Source: Auanema rhodensis
Lineage: Eukaryota; Animalia; Nematoda
DNA: 64,000 bases
Direction of reading: 5' to 3'
Assembly (NCBI GenBank): GCA_964057225.1
Contig: OZ059900.1
Coordinates: forward strand, 4,278,001 to 4,342,000
Positions 8,475 to 21,521 of this stretch are shown here, in pieces (positions within the stretch are counted from its first letter, which is position 1; the number at the start of each line of letters is the position of its first letter). The translations under genes and the position numbers were made by a program. Below the pieces are notes generated by a model, which saw only the letters and a list, made by a program, of their open reading frames with translations, was not told the DNA's origin and searched no databases.

Positions 8475-10780
8475 GGTGTTGTATCCAGTAGAGCAGTCTT
8501 TATAAACTGCGATCTGTTGAGACTATCCTTTGATTGGATGTTTTGTTTTATACCTGAAAGTATACCTTATTCTTGTTTCAAATAACGTTTTATTGATTGT
8601 ATATAGCGATAGCAATATTGATACCTTATTTTAAAAAAGGTATACTTTATTTGTAAGAAAAGGTATACTTTATTTGTAAGAAAAAGTATACTTTATTGGA
8701 ATATTGGAACCATTTTTCAAAAAAAAGCGCATATAAATGGTCACCCGAGAATTTTAATTTAAAAAATCAAAAATTTTGATAAAAATGGCAAATTTTACTT
8801 GATTGATTCTGTCAGCGCTGTAGCTTTCCTCAAGGATTAAGCCATATCGGGAAATTTTCCAAAACATATTTCATATATAGTGTAAAATATGTAAAAAGAG
8901 TCAGAAAATAGAATAAGACTACTCTGAAAAATAGTTTTGAAAAAAAAAATTTGCATATTTTTTCAAAAATTTCCATAATTTTTGACTAGACAAAATTTTT
9001 GGTCGGTTGGCGGTTTGGCTTAAAAAGTTCAACTTTCTACATGCATGGCTTAATCTTTTACTTGAGCATACAGCGCTGACAGAATCAATCAAGTACGTGA
9101 AAAAAATTTTTTTGTGGTCGGTGAGCGGTTGGCATGGCTTAATCCTTGACGAAAGCTACAGCGCTGACAGAATCAATCAAGTAAAAAAAAAATTTTGTTT
9201 CTCAATTCCAATGTTAAAACTCTTTAAAAATGTGTAAAAAATGTTTTGAGAGTATCGTGAAAACATGTTGAAAAAAAAATTTTTTTTGGACTTGGAAATT
9301 TTTTTGGTCTCTGAGCTGTGAGCCTATCGCAGTTTCTCAAAAATGATGAACTTTATACATGCATGGCTTAATCTTTTACTTGAGCATACAGCGCTGACAG
9401 AATCAATCAAGTAAATGAGAGAGGAACGAAATTTTGATACCATATGTCTTCGGGGAAGTATTTCTGAATAAATTTTTTTTTTTCGCATTTTTGCAGGGAG
9501 AAAAATTTTTTAGTGAATTTTTACAAGGGAAAAATTTTTTTTTAGAATTTTTGCAGGGAAAAATTTTTTTTTGTGTATTTTTGTAGGAAAAATTTTTTTT
9601 CGTGTATTTTTGCAGGAAAAATTTTTTTTCGTGTATTTTTGCAGGAAAAATTTTTTTTCGTGTATATTTGCAGGAAAACTTTTTCTTTGTGTATTTTTGC
9701 AAGAAAAGTAGTTTCTTCGTGTATTTTTGCAGGAAAAATTTTTTTTCGTGTGTTTATACATGAAAACTTTTTCTTTGTGTATTTTTGCAGGAAAAATTTT
9801 TTTTCGTGTATTTTTGCAGGAAATGTAATTTGTAGGTGTATTTTTGCAGGAAAAGTAGTTTCTTCGTGTATTTTTGCGGTAAAAGTAGTTTCTTCGTGTA
9901 TTTTTGCAGGAAAAACTTTTTTTCGTGTATTTATACATGAAAACTTTTTCTTTGTGTATTTTTGCAGGAAAAGTAGTTTCTTCGTGTATTTATACATGAA
10001 AACTTTTTCTTTGTGTATTTATACATGAAAACTTTTTCTTTGTGTATTTTTGCAGGAAAAATTATTTTTCGTGTATTTATACATGAAAACTTTTTCTTTG
10101 TGTATTTTTGCAGGAAAAGTAGTTTCTTCGTGTATTTATACATGAAAACTTTTTCTTTGTGTATTTATACATGAAAACTTTTTCTTTGTGTATTTTTGCA
10201 GGAAAAATTATTTTTCGTGTATTTATACATGAAAACTTTTTCTTTGTGTATTTTTGCAGGAAAAGTAGTTTCTTCGTGTATTTATACATGAAAACTTTTT
10301 CTTTGTGTATTTATACATGAAAACTTTTTCTTTGTGTATTTTTGCAGGAAAAATTATTTTTCGTGTATTTATACATGAAAACTTTTTCTTTGTGTATTTT
10401 TGCAGGAAAAATTTTTTTTCGTGTAATTTTGCAGGAAAAGTAGTTTGTAGGTGTATTTTTGCAGGAAAAGTATTTTACATAAAATTTTTACTGGAATGTT
10501 TCATCGGAATATAAACATTATGAAATAATATCTGAAGATTGTTACACTATTCACCGAAACGATATCACAATCGTAAGGTAGCAGGAGAAAAATTTTACAA
10601 TAATTTTCGTTATCTGCAATTTTACTTGTTCACATTGAAAAATGTGAATATTTTCTATAATGTGTCGTTTCTGTGTGATTTTTCAACTTTCTTAATTTTT
10701 TTGGTGAATTGGGAAAAAAAAATTATTCTACTTCTCGATATTTATATTGTTTAGTAAGAAATAATGGATTCTCTATTGCG

Positions 10781-11624
10781 AATCTGATTGATTCTGTCAG
10801 CGCTGTATGCTCAAGTAAAAGATTAAGCCATGCATGTATAAAGTTCATTATTTTTGAGAAACTGCGAACGGCTCATTAGAGCAGATATGATTTTTCTCGA
10901 TTTCTATGGATAACTGTGGTAATTCTGGAGCTAATACATGCTTAATAGTTGTTCTTCTTCCCAAGTTCAACGCAGTTATTAGTACAAACCAATTTAATGT
11001 TTGTTGACTCTGAATAACCCAGTTAATCGACGGTTTTACTGTCTTTTTTCGAGATTAATGTTTGCCCTATCAACCTGATGGTAATATAGAGTTTTACCAT
11101 GGTGATCACGGGTAACGGAGAATTAGGGTTCGACTCCGGAGAGGGAGCCTTAGAAACGGCTACCACATCCAAGGAAGGCAGCAGGCGCGTAACTTATCCA
11201 CTACTTCAGTGAGATAGTAACTAAAAATAAAAAGATCAATCTTTTTAGATTGATTATTTCACTGAGCTGAGCTTAAATAGCTCTACAAGGACCCAGTGGA
11301 GGGCAAGTCTGGTGCCAGCAGCCGCGGTAATTCCAGCTCCACTAGTGTAAAACGTTATTGCTGTAGTTAAAAAGCTCGTAGTTGGATCTGAGGCATTTTC
11401 TGTGATACGGCTTGCCGGTAATCATAGATGTGTCTATTTTGTCGGTTTTGTGTATGTACTTCGGTGTGTATACTGGCTCGGGTTTACTTTGAATAAATCA
11501 AAGCGCTCAAAGCAAGCGATTGCTTGTATGTGCTATCATGGAATAATAAAAGAGGACTTCGGTTCTATTTATTGGTTTGAGAGTCGAATTAATGATTAAT
11601 AGGGACGATTCGGGGGCATTCGTA
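10781..11624 (+). rRNA. 18S rRNA 5' part (truncated, fused to 28S 3' end), unit 4
   Basis: Copy of 1360-2203. Confidence 0.95.
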
Positions 11625-13930
11625 GGTGTTGTATCCAGTAGAGCAGTCTTTATAAACTGCGATCTGTTGAGACTATCCTTTGATTGGATGTTTTGTTTTA
11701 TACCTGAAAGTATACCTTATTCTTGTTTCAAATAACGTTTTATTGATTGTATATAGCGATAGCAATATTGATACCTTATTTTAAAAAAGGTATACTTTAT
11801 TTGTAAGAAAAGGTATACTTTATTTGTAAGAAAAAGTATACTTTATTGGAATATTGGAACCATTTTTCAAAAAAAAGCGCATATAAATGGTCACCCGAGA
11901 ATTTTAATTTAAAAAATCAAAAATTTTGATAAAAATGGCAAATTTTACTTGATTGATTCTGTCAGCGCTGTAGCTTTCCTCAAGGATTAAGCCATATCGG
12001 GAAATTTTCCAAAACATATTTCATATATAGTGTAAAATATGTAAAAAGAGTCAGAAAATAGAATAAGACTACTCTGAAAAATAGTTTTGAAAAAAAAAAT
12101 TTGCATATTTTTTCAAAAATTTCCATAATTTTTGACTAGACAAAATTTTTGGTCGGTTGGCGGTTTGGCTTAAAAAGTTCAACTTTCTACATGCATGGCT
12201 TAATCTTTTACTTGAGCATACAGCGCTGACAGAATCAATCAAGTACGTGAAAAAAATTTTTTTGTGGTCGGTGAGCGGTTGGCATGGCTTAATCCTTGAC
12301 GAAAGCTACAGCGCTGACAGAATCAATCAAGTAAAAAAAAAATTTTGTTTCTCAATTCCAATGTTAAAACTCTTTAAAAATGTGTAAAAAATGTTTTGAG
12401 AGTATCGTGAAAACATGTTGAAAAAAAAATTTTTTTTGGACTTGGAAATTTTTTTGGTCTCTGAGCTGTGAGCCTATCGCAGTTTCTCAAAAATGATGAA
12501 CTTTATACATGCATGGCTTAATCTTTTACTTGAGCATACAGCGCTGACAGAATCAATCAAGTAAATGAGAGAGGAACGAAATTTTGATACCATATGTCTT
12601 CGGGGAAGTATTTCTGAATAAATTTTTTTTTTTCGCATTTTTGCAGGGAGAAAAATTTTTTAGTGAATTTTTACAAGGGAAAAATTTTTTTTTAGAATTT
12701 TTGCAGGGAAAAATTTTTTTTTGTGTATTTTTGTAGGAAAAATTTTTTTTCGTGTATTTTTGCAGGAAAAATTTTTTTTCGTGTATTTTTGCAGGAAAAA
12801 TTTTTTTTCGTGTATATTTGCAGGAAAACTTTTTCTTTGTGTATTTTTGCAAGAAAAGTAGTTTCTTCGTGTATTTTTGCAGGAAAAATTTTTTTTCGTG
12901 TGTTTATACATGAAAACTTTTTCTTTGTGTATTTTTGCAGGAAAAATTTTTTTTCGTGTATTTTTGCAGGAAATGTAATTTGTAGGTGTATTTTTGCAGG
13001 AAAAGTAGTTTCTTCGTGTATTTTTGCGGTAAAAGTAGTTTCTTCGTGTATTTTTGCAGGAAAAACTTTTTTTCGTGTATTTATACATGAAAACTTTTTC
13101 TTTGTGTATTTTTGCAGGAAAAGTAGTTTCTTCGTGTATTTATACATGAAAACTTTTTCTTTGTGTATTTATACATGAAAACTTTTTCTCTGTGTATTTT
13201 TGCAGGAAAAATTATTTTTCGTGTATTTATACATGAAAACTTTTTCTTTGTGTATTTTTGCAGGAAAAGTAGTTTCTTCGTGTATTTATACATGAAAACT
13301 TTTTCTTTGTGTATTTATACATGAAAACTTTTTCTCTGTGTATTTTTGCAGGAAAAATTATTTTTCGTGTATTTATACATGAAAACTTTTTCTTTGTGTA
13401 TTTTTGCAGGAAAAGTAGTTTCTTCGTGTATTTATACATGAAAACTTTTTCTTTGTGTATTTATACATGAAAACTTTTTCTTTGTGTATTTTTGCAGGAA
13501 AAATTATTTTTCGTGTATTTATACATGAAAACTTTTTCTTTGTGTATTTTTGCAGGAAAAATTTTTTTTCGTGTAATTTTGCAGGAAAAGTAGTTTGTAG
13601 GTGTATTTTTGCAGGAAAAGTATTTTACATAAAATTTTTACTGGAATGTTTCATCGGAATATAAACATTATGAAATAATATCTGAAGATTGTTACACTAT
13701 TCACCGAAACGATATCACAATCGTAAGGTAGCAGGAGAAAATTTTTACAATAATTTTCGTTATCTGCAATTTTACTTGTTCACATTGTAAAATGTGAATA
13801 TTTTCTATAATGTGTCGTTTCTGTGTGATTTTTCAACTTTCTTAATTTTTTTGGTGAATTGGGAAAAAAAAATTATTCTACTTCTCGATATTTATATTGT
13901 TTAGTAAGAAATAATGGATTCTCTATTGCG

Positions 13931-14774
13931 AATCTGATTGATTCTGTCAGCGCTGTATGCTCAAGTAAAAGATTAAGCCATGCATGTATAAAGTTCATTA
14001 TTTTTGAGAAACTGCGAACGGCTCATTAGAGCAGATATGATTTTTCTCGATTTCTATGGATAACTGTGGTAATTCTGGAGCTAATACATGCTTAATAGTT
14101 GTTCTTCTTCCCAAGTTCAACGCAGTTATTAGTACAAACCAATTTAATGTTTGTTGACTCTGAATAACCCAGTTAATCGACGGTTTTACTGTCTTTTTTC
14201 GAGATTAATGTTTGCCCTATCAACCTGATGGTAATATAGAGTTTTACCATGGTGATCACGGGTAACGGAGAATTAGGGTTCGACTCCGGAGAGGGAGCCT
14301 TAGAAACGGCTACCACATCCAAGGAAGGCAGCAGGCGCGTAACTTATCCACTACTTCAGTGAGATAGTAACTAAAAATAAAAAGATCAATCTTTTTAGAT
14401 TGATTATTTCACTGAGCTGAGCTTAAATAGCTCTACAAGGACCCAGTGGAGGGCAAGTCTGGTGCCAGCAGCCGCGGTAATTCCAGCTCCACTAGTGTAA
14501 AACGTTATTGCTGTAGTTAAAAAGCTCGTAGTTGGATCTGAGGCATTTTCTGTGATACGGCTTGCCGGTAATCATAGATGTGTCTATTTTGTCGGTTTTG
14601 TGTATGTACTTCGGTGTGTATACTGGCTCGGGTTTACTTTGAATAAATCAAAGCGCTCATAGCAAGCGATTGCTTGTATGTGCTATCATGGAATAATAAA
14701 AGAGGACTTCGGTTCTATTTATTGGTTTGAGAGTCGAATTAATGATTAATAGGGACGATTCGGGGGCATTCGTA
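13931..14774 (+). rRNA. 18S rRNA 5' part (truncated, fused to 28S 3' end), unit 5
   Basis: Copy of 1360-2203 with the GCTCATAGC variant. Confidence 0.95.
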
Positions 14775-15700
14775 GGTGTTGTATCCAGTAGAGCAGTCTT
14801 TATAAACTGCGATCTGTTGAGACTATCCTTTGATTGGATGTTTTGTTTTATACCTGAAAGTATACCTTATTCTTGTTTCAAATAACGTTTTATTGATTGT
14901 ATATAGCGATAGCAATATTGATACCTTATTTTAAAAAAGGTATACTTTATTTGTAAGAAAAGGTATACTTTATTTGTAAGAAAAAGTATACTTTATTGGA
15001 ATATTGGAACCATTTTTCAAAAAAAAAGCGCATATAAATGGTCACCCGAGAATTTTAATTTAAAAAATCAAAAATTTTGATAAAAATGGCAAATTTTACT
15101 TGATTGATTCTGTCAGCGCTGTAGCTTTCCTCAAGGATTAAGCCATATCGGGAAATTTTCCAAAACATATTTCATATATAGTGTAAAATATGTAAAAAGA
15201 GTCAGAAAATAGAATAAGACTACTCTGAAAAATAGTTTTGAAAAAAAAAATTTGCATATTTTTTCAAAAATTTCCATAATTTTTGACTAGACAAAATTTT
15301 TGGTCGGTTGGCGGTTTGGCTTAAAAAGTTCAACTTTCTACATGCATGGCTTAATCTTTTACTTGAGCATACAGCGCTGACAGAATCAATCAAGTACGTG
15401 AAAAAAATTTTTTTGTGGTCGGTGAGCGGTTGGCATGGCTTAATCCTTGACGAAAGCTACAGCGCTGACAGAATCAATCAAGTAAAAAAAAAATTTTGTT
15501 TCTCAATTCCAATGTTAAAACTCTTTAAAAATGTGTAAAAAATGTTTTGAGAGTATCGTGAAAACATGTTGAAAAAAAAATTTTTTTTGGACTTGGAAAT
15601 TTTTTTGGTCTCTGAGCTGTGAGCCTATCGCAGTTTCTCAAAAATGATGAACTTTATACATGCATGGCTTAATCTTTTACTTGAGCATACAGCGCTGACA

Positions 15701-15733
15701 GGCTCTTGTGCAGATGTCGCCACCCCACAATTT
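15701..15733 (+). repeat. Left terminal inverted repeat of Merlin element
   Basis: GGCTCTTGTGCAGATGTCGCCACCCCACAATTT; 32/33 match to the reverse complement of 16950-16982. Confidence 0.95.
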
Positions 15734-15811
15734 ATGCAATTAAAATTCTAAATTTGTTTGTTAGCGGTTGTCTATTGCGCGAAAAAAAATAATTATATTG
15801 AAAAAAATAAT

Positions 15812-16745
15812 TTATTTTGATAATGACTTTTGATAACAAGCGATATCATTTAAAATTAATTCAAAAATATCCTGTCCTCTGAATCTTTTCCTGTACATGT
15901 ATTCACATAGATATGAATCTAACATTCCTTCATGTACTCCCCACATTCTTTTGAATCTCATTTTGGCTACATTCCACATTGATTCTACTTTGTTGGTGCA
16001 AGCACCAGTAGAAGGATCCACGAAATTCTTCGAGTGGTTGACGGTCATGTGCTTGTAATTCATATCCATCAGAGGTATACCATTATAACTCTTCCAACAA
16101 TCAGAAATGATGGTAGTTCCTTCTTTTATAGAAACTTTGATGCATGACTCAAGAGTGTCCTTGGTTCTATCAGGAACAACATAGATAAAGCATTCATTTG
16201 TTTCGCGACAAATGCCACCAAAAACCCATGTCTGCTTTTTCATGCGACCTACATTGTATTTCCTTCTAGATACCAAACTCTCATCAATTTCCACGGTGTA
16301 ACCTGGACCACCAATTACAACAGGGTCTTGAAGAAGACGCCAAGCACAAACTTCTCGAAGAAAGTTATTATAATCCACAATTGTGTGGTTAGAATTAATT
16401 TTCAATTGTTTTTTGCAAAACTCTATAGTTGTTAATTCTTCGCTCCACCAATATATGAATGACACAATGATTGGTAGTGGGAGATGGCAATCTAAAGCAT
16501 ATATAAAGAAATATATGCCATTAATTAAATATACCTTCAAACCATGTGCCTGATTTTAAACTGAGCTCTTTATTGCACTTTTTATCAATGCAGCGGAATC
16601 TATCTCTCTTTTCAGAAAGCATTAACTTCATTCTCGTACCACAAATACAAGTTCTTTCTTTTGGGAGCAAATTCTTTTCTTGTAGAAATTGAATGCATTT
16701 TTCTTTTGTGCAAATTAGAAGCCAAAAATCCATGAAAGCAGCCAT
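15812..16745 (-). CDS. Merlin/ISXO2-like DDE transposase, 2 exons (16745-16535 and 16491-15812), 296 aa
   Basis: ORF 16745..16521 (Cys-rich N-terminus, CICG...CIDKKC) and ORF 16540..15812 (VEIDES, WVFGGICR, IISDCWKSY, VNHSKNFVDP, TNKVESMW: the IS1595-family DDE pattern) are joined in frame. The join is a 43-nt GTATAT...GCTTTAG intron at 16534-16492, giving ...GTWFE-D-CHLPLP...; 211+680=891 nt. Confidence 0.9.
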
Positions 16746-16949
16746 TATTATCGAAATAAAGAATCGAAATGATTTAAATTTGTTAATTTTTCATTTTTAA
16801 TGATAAAAAGCGGTTGTCTGTATATATTACCTTCCAAAACTTTTTAATTAGTTGCGCGCATAGTCAATAGGTTAGCGGTTGTTTATCGCGCGAACAGTTG
16901 TTGGTTCCATACCGCTCGATGACAATCGAGTGAGGAACCAATAATTCAG

Positions 16950-16982
16950 AAATTGTAGGGTGGCGACATCTGCACAAGAGCC
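16950..16982 (-). repeat. Right terminal inverted repeat of Merlin element
   Basis: AAATTGTAGGGTGGCGACATCTGCACAAGAGCC. Confidence 0.95.
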
Positions 16983-18371
16983 CGCTGACAGAATCAATCA
17001 AGTAAATGAGAGAGGAACGAAATTTTGATACCATATGTCTTCGGGGAAGTATTTCTGAATAAATTTTTTTTTTTCGCATTTTTGCAGGGAGAAAAATTTT
17101 TTAGTGAATTTTTACAAGGGAAAAATTTTTTTTTAGAATTTTTGCAGGGAAAAATTTTTTTTTGTGTATTTTTGTAGGAAAAATTTTTTTTCGTGTATTT
17201 TTGCAGGAAAAATTTTTTTTCGTGTATTTTTGCAGGAAAAATTTTTTTTCGTGTATATTTGCAGGAAAACTTTTTCTTTGTGTATTTTTGCAAGAAAAGT
17301 AGTTTCTTCGTGTATTTTTGCAGGAAAAATTTTTTTTCGTGTGTTTATACATGAAAACTTTTTCTTTGTGTATTTTTGCAGGAAAAATTTTTTTTCGTGT
17401 ATTTTTGCAGGAAATGTAATTTGTAGGTGTATTTTTGCAGGAAAAGTAGTTTCTTCGTGTATTTTTGCGGTAAAAGTAGTTTCTTCGTGTATTTTTGCAG
17501 GAAAAACTTTTTTTCGTGTATTTATACATGAAAACTTTTTCTTTGTGTATTTTTGCAGGAAAAGTAGTTTCTTCGTGTATTTATACATGAAAACTTTTTC
17601 TTTGTGTATTTATACATGAAAACTTTTTCTTTGTGTATTTTTGCAGGAAAAATTATTTTTCGTGTATTTATACATGAAAACTTTTTCTTTGTGTATTTTT
17701 GCAGGAAAAGTAGTTTCTTCGTGTATTTATACATGAAAACTTTTTCTTTGTGTATTTATACATGAAAACTTTTTCTTTGTGTATTTTTGCAGGAAAAATT
17801 ATTTTTCGTGTATTTATACATGAAAACTTTTTCTTTGTGTATTTTTGCAGGAAAAGTAGTTTCTTCGTGTATTTATACATGAAAACTTTTTCTTTGTGTA
17901 TTTATACATGAAAACTTTTTCTTTGTGTATTTTTGCAGGAAAAATTATTTTTCGTGTATTTATACATGAAAACTTTTTCTTTGTGTATTTTTGCAGGAAA
18001 AATTTTTTTTCGTGTAATTTTGCAGGAAAAGTAGTTTGTAGGTGTATTTTTGCAGGAAAAGTATTTTACATAAAATTTTTACTGGAATGTTTCATCGGAA
18101 TATAAACATTATGAAATAATATCTGAAGATTGTTACACTATTCACCGAAACGATATCACAATCGTAAGGTAGCAGGAGAAAAATTTTACAATAATTTTCG
18201 TTATCTGCAATTTTACTTGTTCACATTGAAAAATGTGAATATTTTCTATAATGTGTCGTTTCTGTGTGATTTTTCAACTTTCTTAATTTTTTTGGTGAAT
18301 TGGGAAAAAAAAATTATTCTACTTCTCGATATTTATATTGTTTAGTAAGAAATAATGGATTCTCTATTGCG

Positions 18372-19215
18372 AATCTGATTGATTCTGTCAGCGCTGTATG
18401 CTCAAGTAAAAGATTAAGCCATGCATGTATAAAGTTCATTATTTTTGAGAAACTGCGAACGGCTCATTAGAGCAGATATGATTTTTCTCGATTTCTATGG
18501 ATAACTGTGGTAATTCTGGAGCTAATACATGCTTAATAGTTGTTCTTCTTCCCAAGTTCAACGCAGTTATTAGTACAAACCAATTTAATGTTTGTTGACT
18601 CTGAATAACCCAGTTAATCGACGGTTTTACTGTCTTTTTTCGAGATTAATGTTTGCCCTATCAACCTGATGGTAATATAGAGTTTTACCATGGTGATCAC
18701 GGGTAACGGAGAATTAGGGTTCGACTCCGGAGAGGGAGCCTTAGAAACGGCTACCACATCCAAGGAAGGCAGCAGGCGCGTAACTTATCCACTACTTCAG
18801 TGAGATAGTAACTAAAAATAAAAAGATCAATCTTTTTAGATTGATTATTTCACTGAGCTGAGCTTAAATAGCTCTACAAGGACCCAGTGGAGGGCAAGTC
18901 TGGTGCCAGCAGCCGCGGTAATTCCAGCTCCACTAGTGTAAAACGTTATTGCTGTAGTTAAAAAGCTCGTAGTTGGATCTGAGGCATTTTCTGTGATACG
19001 GCTTGCCGGTAATCATAGATGTGTCTATTTTGTCGGTTTTGTGTATGTACTTCGGTGTGTATACTGGCTCGGGTTTACTTTGAATAAATCAAAGCGCTCA
19101 AAGCAAGCGATTGCTTGTATGTGCTATCATGGAATAATAAAAGAGGACTTCGGTTCTATTTATTGGTTTGAGAGTCGAATTAATGATTAATAGGGACGAT
19201 TCGGGGGCATTCGTA
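18372..19215 (+). rRNA. 18S rRNA 5' part (truncated, fused to 28S 3' end), unit 6
   Basis: Copy of 1360-2203. Confidence 0.95.
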
Positions 19216-21521
19216 GGTGTTGTATCCAGTAGAGCAGTCTTTATAAACTGCGATCTGTTGAGACTATCCTTTGATTGGATGTTTTGTTTTATACCTGAAA
19301 GTATACCTTATTCTTGTTTCAAATAACGTTTTATTGATTGTATATAGCGATAGCAATATTGATACCTTATTTTAAAAAAGGTATACTTTATTTGTAAGAA
19401 AAGGTATACTTTATTTGTAAGAAAAAGTATACTTTATTGGAATATTGGAACCATTTTTCAAAAAAAAGCGCATATAAATGGTCACCCGAGAATTTTAATT
19501 TAAAAAATCAAAAATTTTGATAAAAATGGCAAATTTTACTTGATTGATTCTGTCAGCGCTGTAGCTTTCCTCAAGGATTAAGCCATATCGGGAAATTTTC
19601 CAAAACATATTTCATATATAGTGTAAAATATGTAAAAAGAGTCAGAAAATAGAATAAGACTACTCTGAAAAATAGTTTTGAAAAAAAAAATTTGCATATT
19701 TTTTCAAAAATTTCCATAATTTTTGACTAGACAAAATTTTTGGTCGGTTGGCGGTTTGGCTTAAAAAGTTCAACTTTCTACATGCATGGCTTAATCTTTT
19801 ACTTGAGCATACAGCGCTGACAGAATCAATCAAGTACGTGAAAAAAATTTTTTTGTGGTCGGTGAGCGGTTGGCATGGCTTAATCCTTGACGAAAGCTAC
19901 AGCGCTGACAGAATCAATCAAGTAAAAAAAAAATTTTGTTTCTCAATTCCAATGTTAAAACTCTTTAAAAATGTGTAAAAAATGTTTTGAGAGTATCGTG
20001 AAAACATGTTGAAAAAAAAATTTTTTTTGGACTTGGAAATTTTTTTGGTCTCTGAGCTGTGAGCCTATCGCAGTTTCTCAAAAATGATGAACTTTATACA
20101 TGCATGGCTTAATCTTTTACTTGAGCATACAGCGCTGACAGAATCAATCAAGTAAATGAGAGAGGAACGAAATTTTGATACCATATGTCTTCGGGGAAGT
20201 ATTTCTGAATAATTTTTTTTTTTTCGCATTTTTGCAGGGAGAAAATTTTTTTAGTGAATTTTTACAAGGGAAAAATTTTTTTTTAGAATTTTTGCAGGGA
20301 AAAATTTTTTTTTGTGTATTTTTGTAGGAAAAATTTTTTTTCGTGTATTTTTGCAGGAAAAATTTTTTTTCGTGTATTTTTGCAGGAAAAATTTTTTTTC
20401 GTGTATATTTGCAGGAAAACTTTTTCTTTGTGTATTTTTGCAAGAAAAGTAGTTTCTTCGTGTATTTTTGCAGGAAAAATTTTTTTTCGTGTGTTTATAC
20501 ATGAAAACTTTTTCTTTGTGTATTTTTGCAGGAAAAATTTTTTTTCGTGTATTTTTGCAGGAAATGTAATTTGTAGGTGTATTTTTGCAGGAAAAGTAGT
20601 TTCTTCGTGTATTTTTGCGGTAAAAGTAGTTTCTTCGTGTATTTTTGCAGGAAAAACTTTTTTTCGTGTATTTATACATGAAAACTTTTTCTTTGTGTAT
20701 TTTTGCAGGAAAAGTAGTTTCTTCGTGTATTTATACATGAAAACTTTTTCTTTGTGTATTTATACATGAAAACTTTTTCTCTGTGTATTTTTGCAGGAAA
20801 AATTATTTTTCGTGTATTTATACATGAAAACTTTTTCTTTGTGTATTTTTGCAGGAAAAGTAGTTTCTTCGTGTATTTATACATGAAAACTTTTTCTTTG
20901 TGTATTTATACATGAAAACTTTTTCTCTGTGTATTTTTGCAGGAAAAATTATTTTTCGTGTATTTATACATGAAAACTTTTTCTTTGTGTATTTTTGCAG
21001 GAAAAGTAGTTTCTTCGTGTATTTATACATGAAAACTTTTTCTTTGTGTATTTATACATGAAAACTTTTTCTTTGTGTATTTTTGCAGGAAAAATTATTT
21101 TTCGTGTATTTATACATGAAAACTTTTTCTTTGTGTATTTTTGCAGGAAAAATTTTTTTTCGTGTAATTTTGCAGGAAAAGTAGTTTGTAGGTGTATTTT
21201 TGCAGGAAAAGTATTTTACATAAAATTTTTACTGGAATGTTTCATCGGAATATAAACATTATGAAATAATATCTGAAGATTGTTACACTATTCACCGAAA
21301 CGATATCACAATCGTAAGGTAGCAGGAGAAAATTTTTACAATAATTTTCGTTATCTGCAATTTTACTTGTTCACATTGTAAAATGTGAATATTTTCTATA
21401 ATGTGTCGTTTCTGTGTGATTTTTCAACTTTCTTAATTTTTTTGGTGAATTGGGAAAAAAAAATTATTCTACTTCTCGATATTTATATTGTTTAGTAAGA
21501 AATAATGGATTCTCTATTGCG

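Larger units (their letters stand above)
15701..16982 (-). mobile_element. Merlin-superfamily (IS1016/IS1595-like) DNA transposon, 1282 bp, apparently autonomous
   Basis: The 33-bp TIRs start with GG (15701-15733 GGCTCTTGTGCAGATGTCGCCACCCCACAATTT; 16950-16982, 1 mismatch). The 8-bp TSD CGCTGACA lies at 15693-15700 and 16983-16990. This unit's period is exactly 1290 bp longer (1282+8), the empty site is visible in all other units, and a DDE transposase lies inside. Confidence 0.96.

Noticed and set aside
15701-16982. Bacterial IS1595/IS1016 element or contamination
   Set aside because: It has a spliceosomal-type GT-AG intron and is integrated with a TSD in nematode rDNA-derived sequence, so it is the eukaryotic Merlin relative.
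16864-17079. 71-aa ORF spanning the transposon right end
   Set aside because: Chance read-through across the TIR/TSD junction into spacer sequence.
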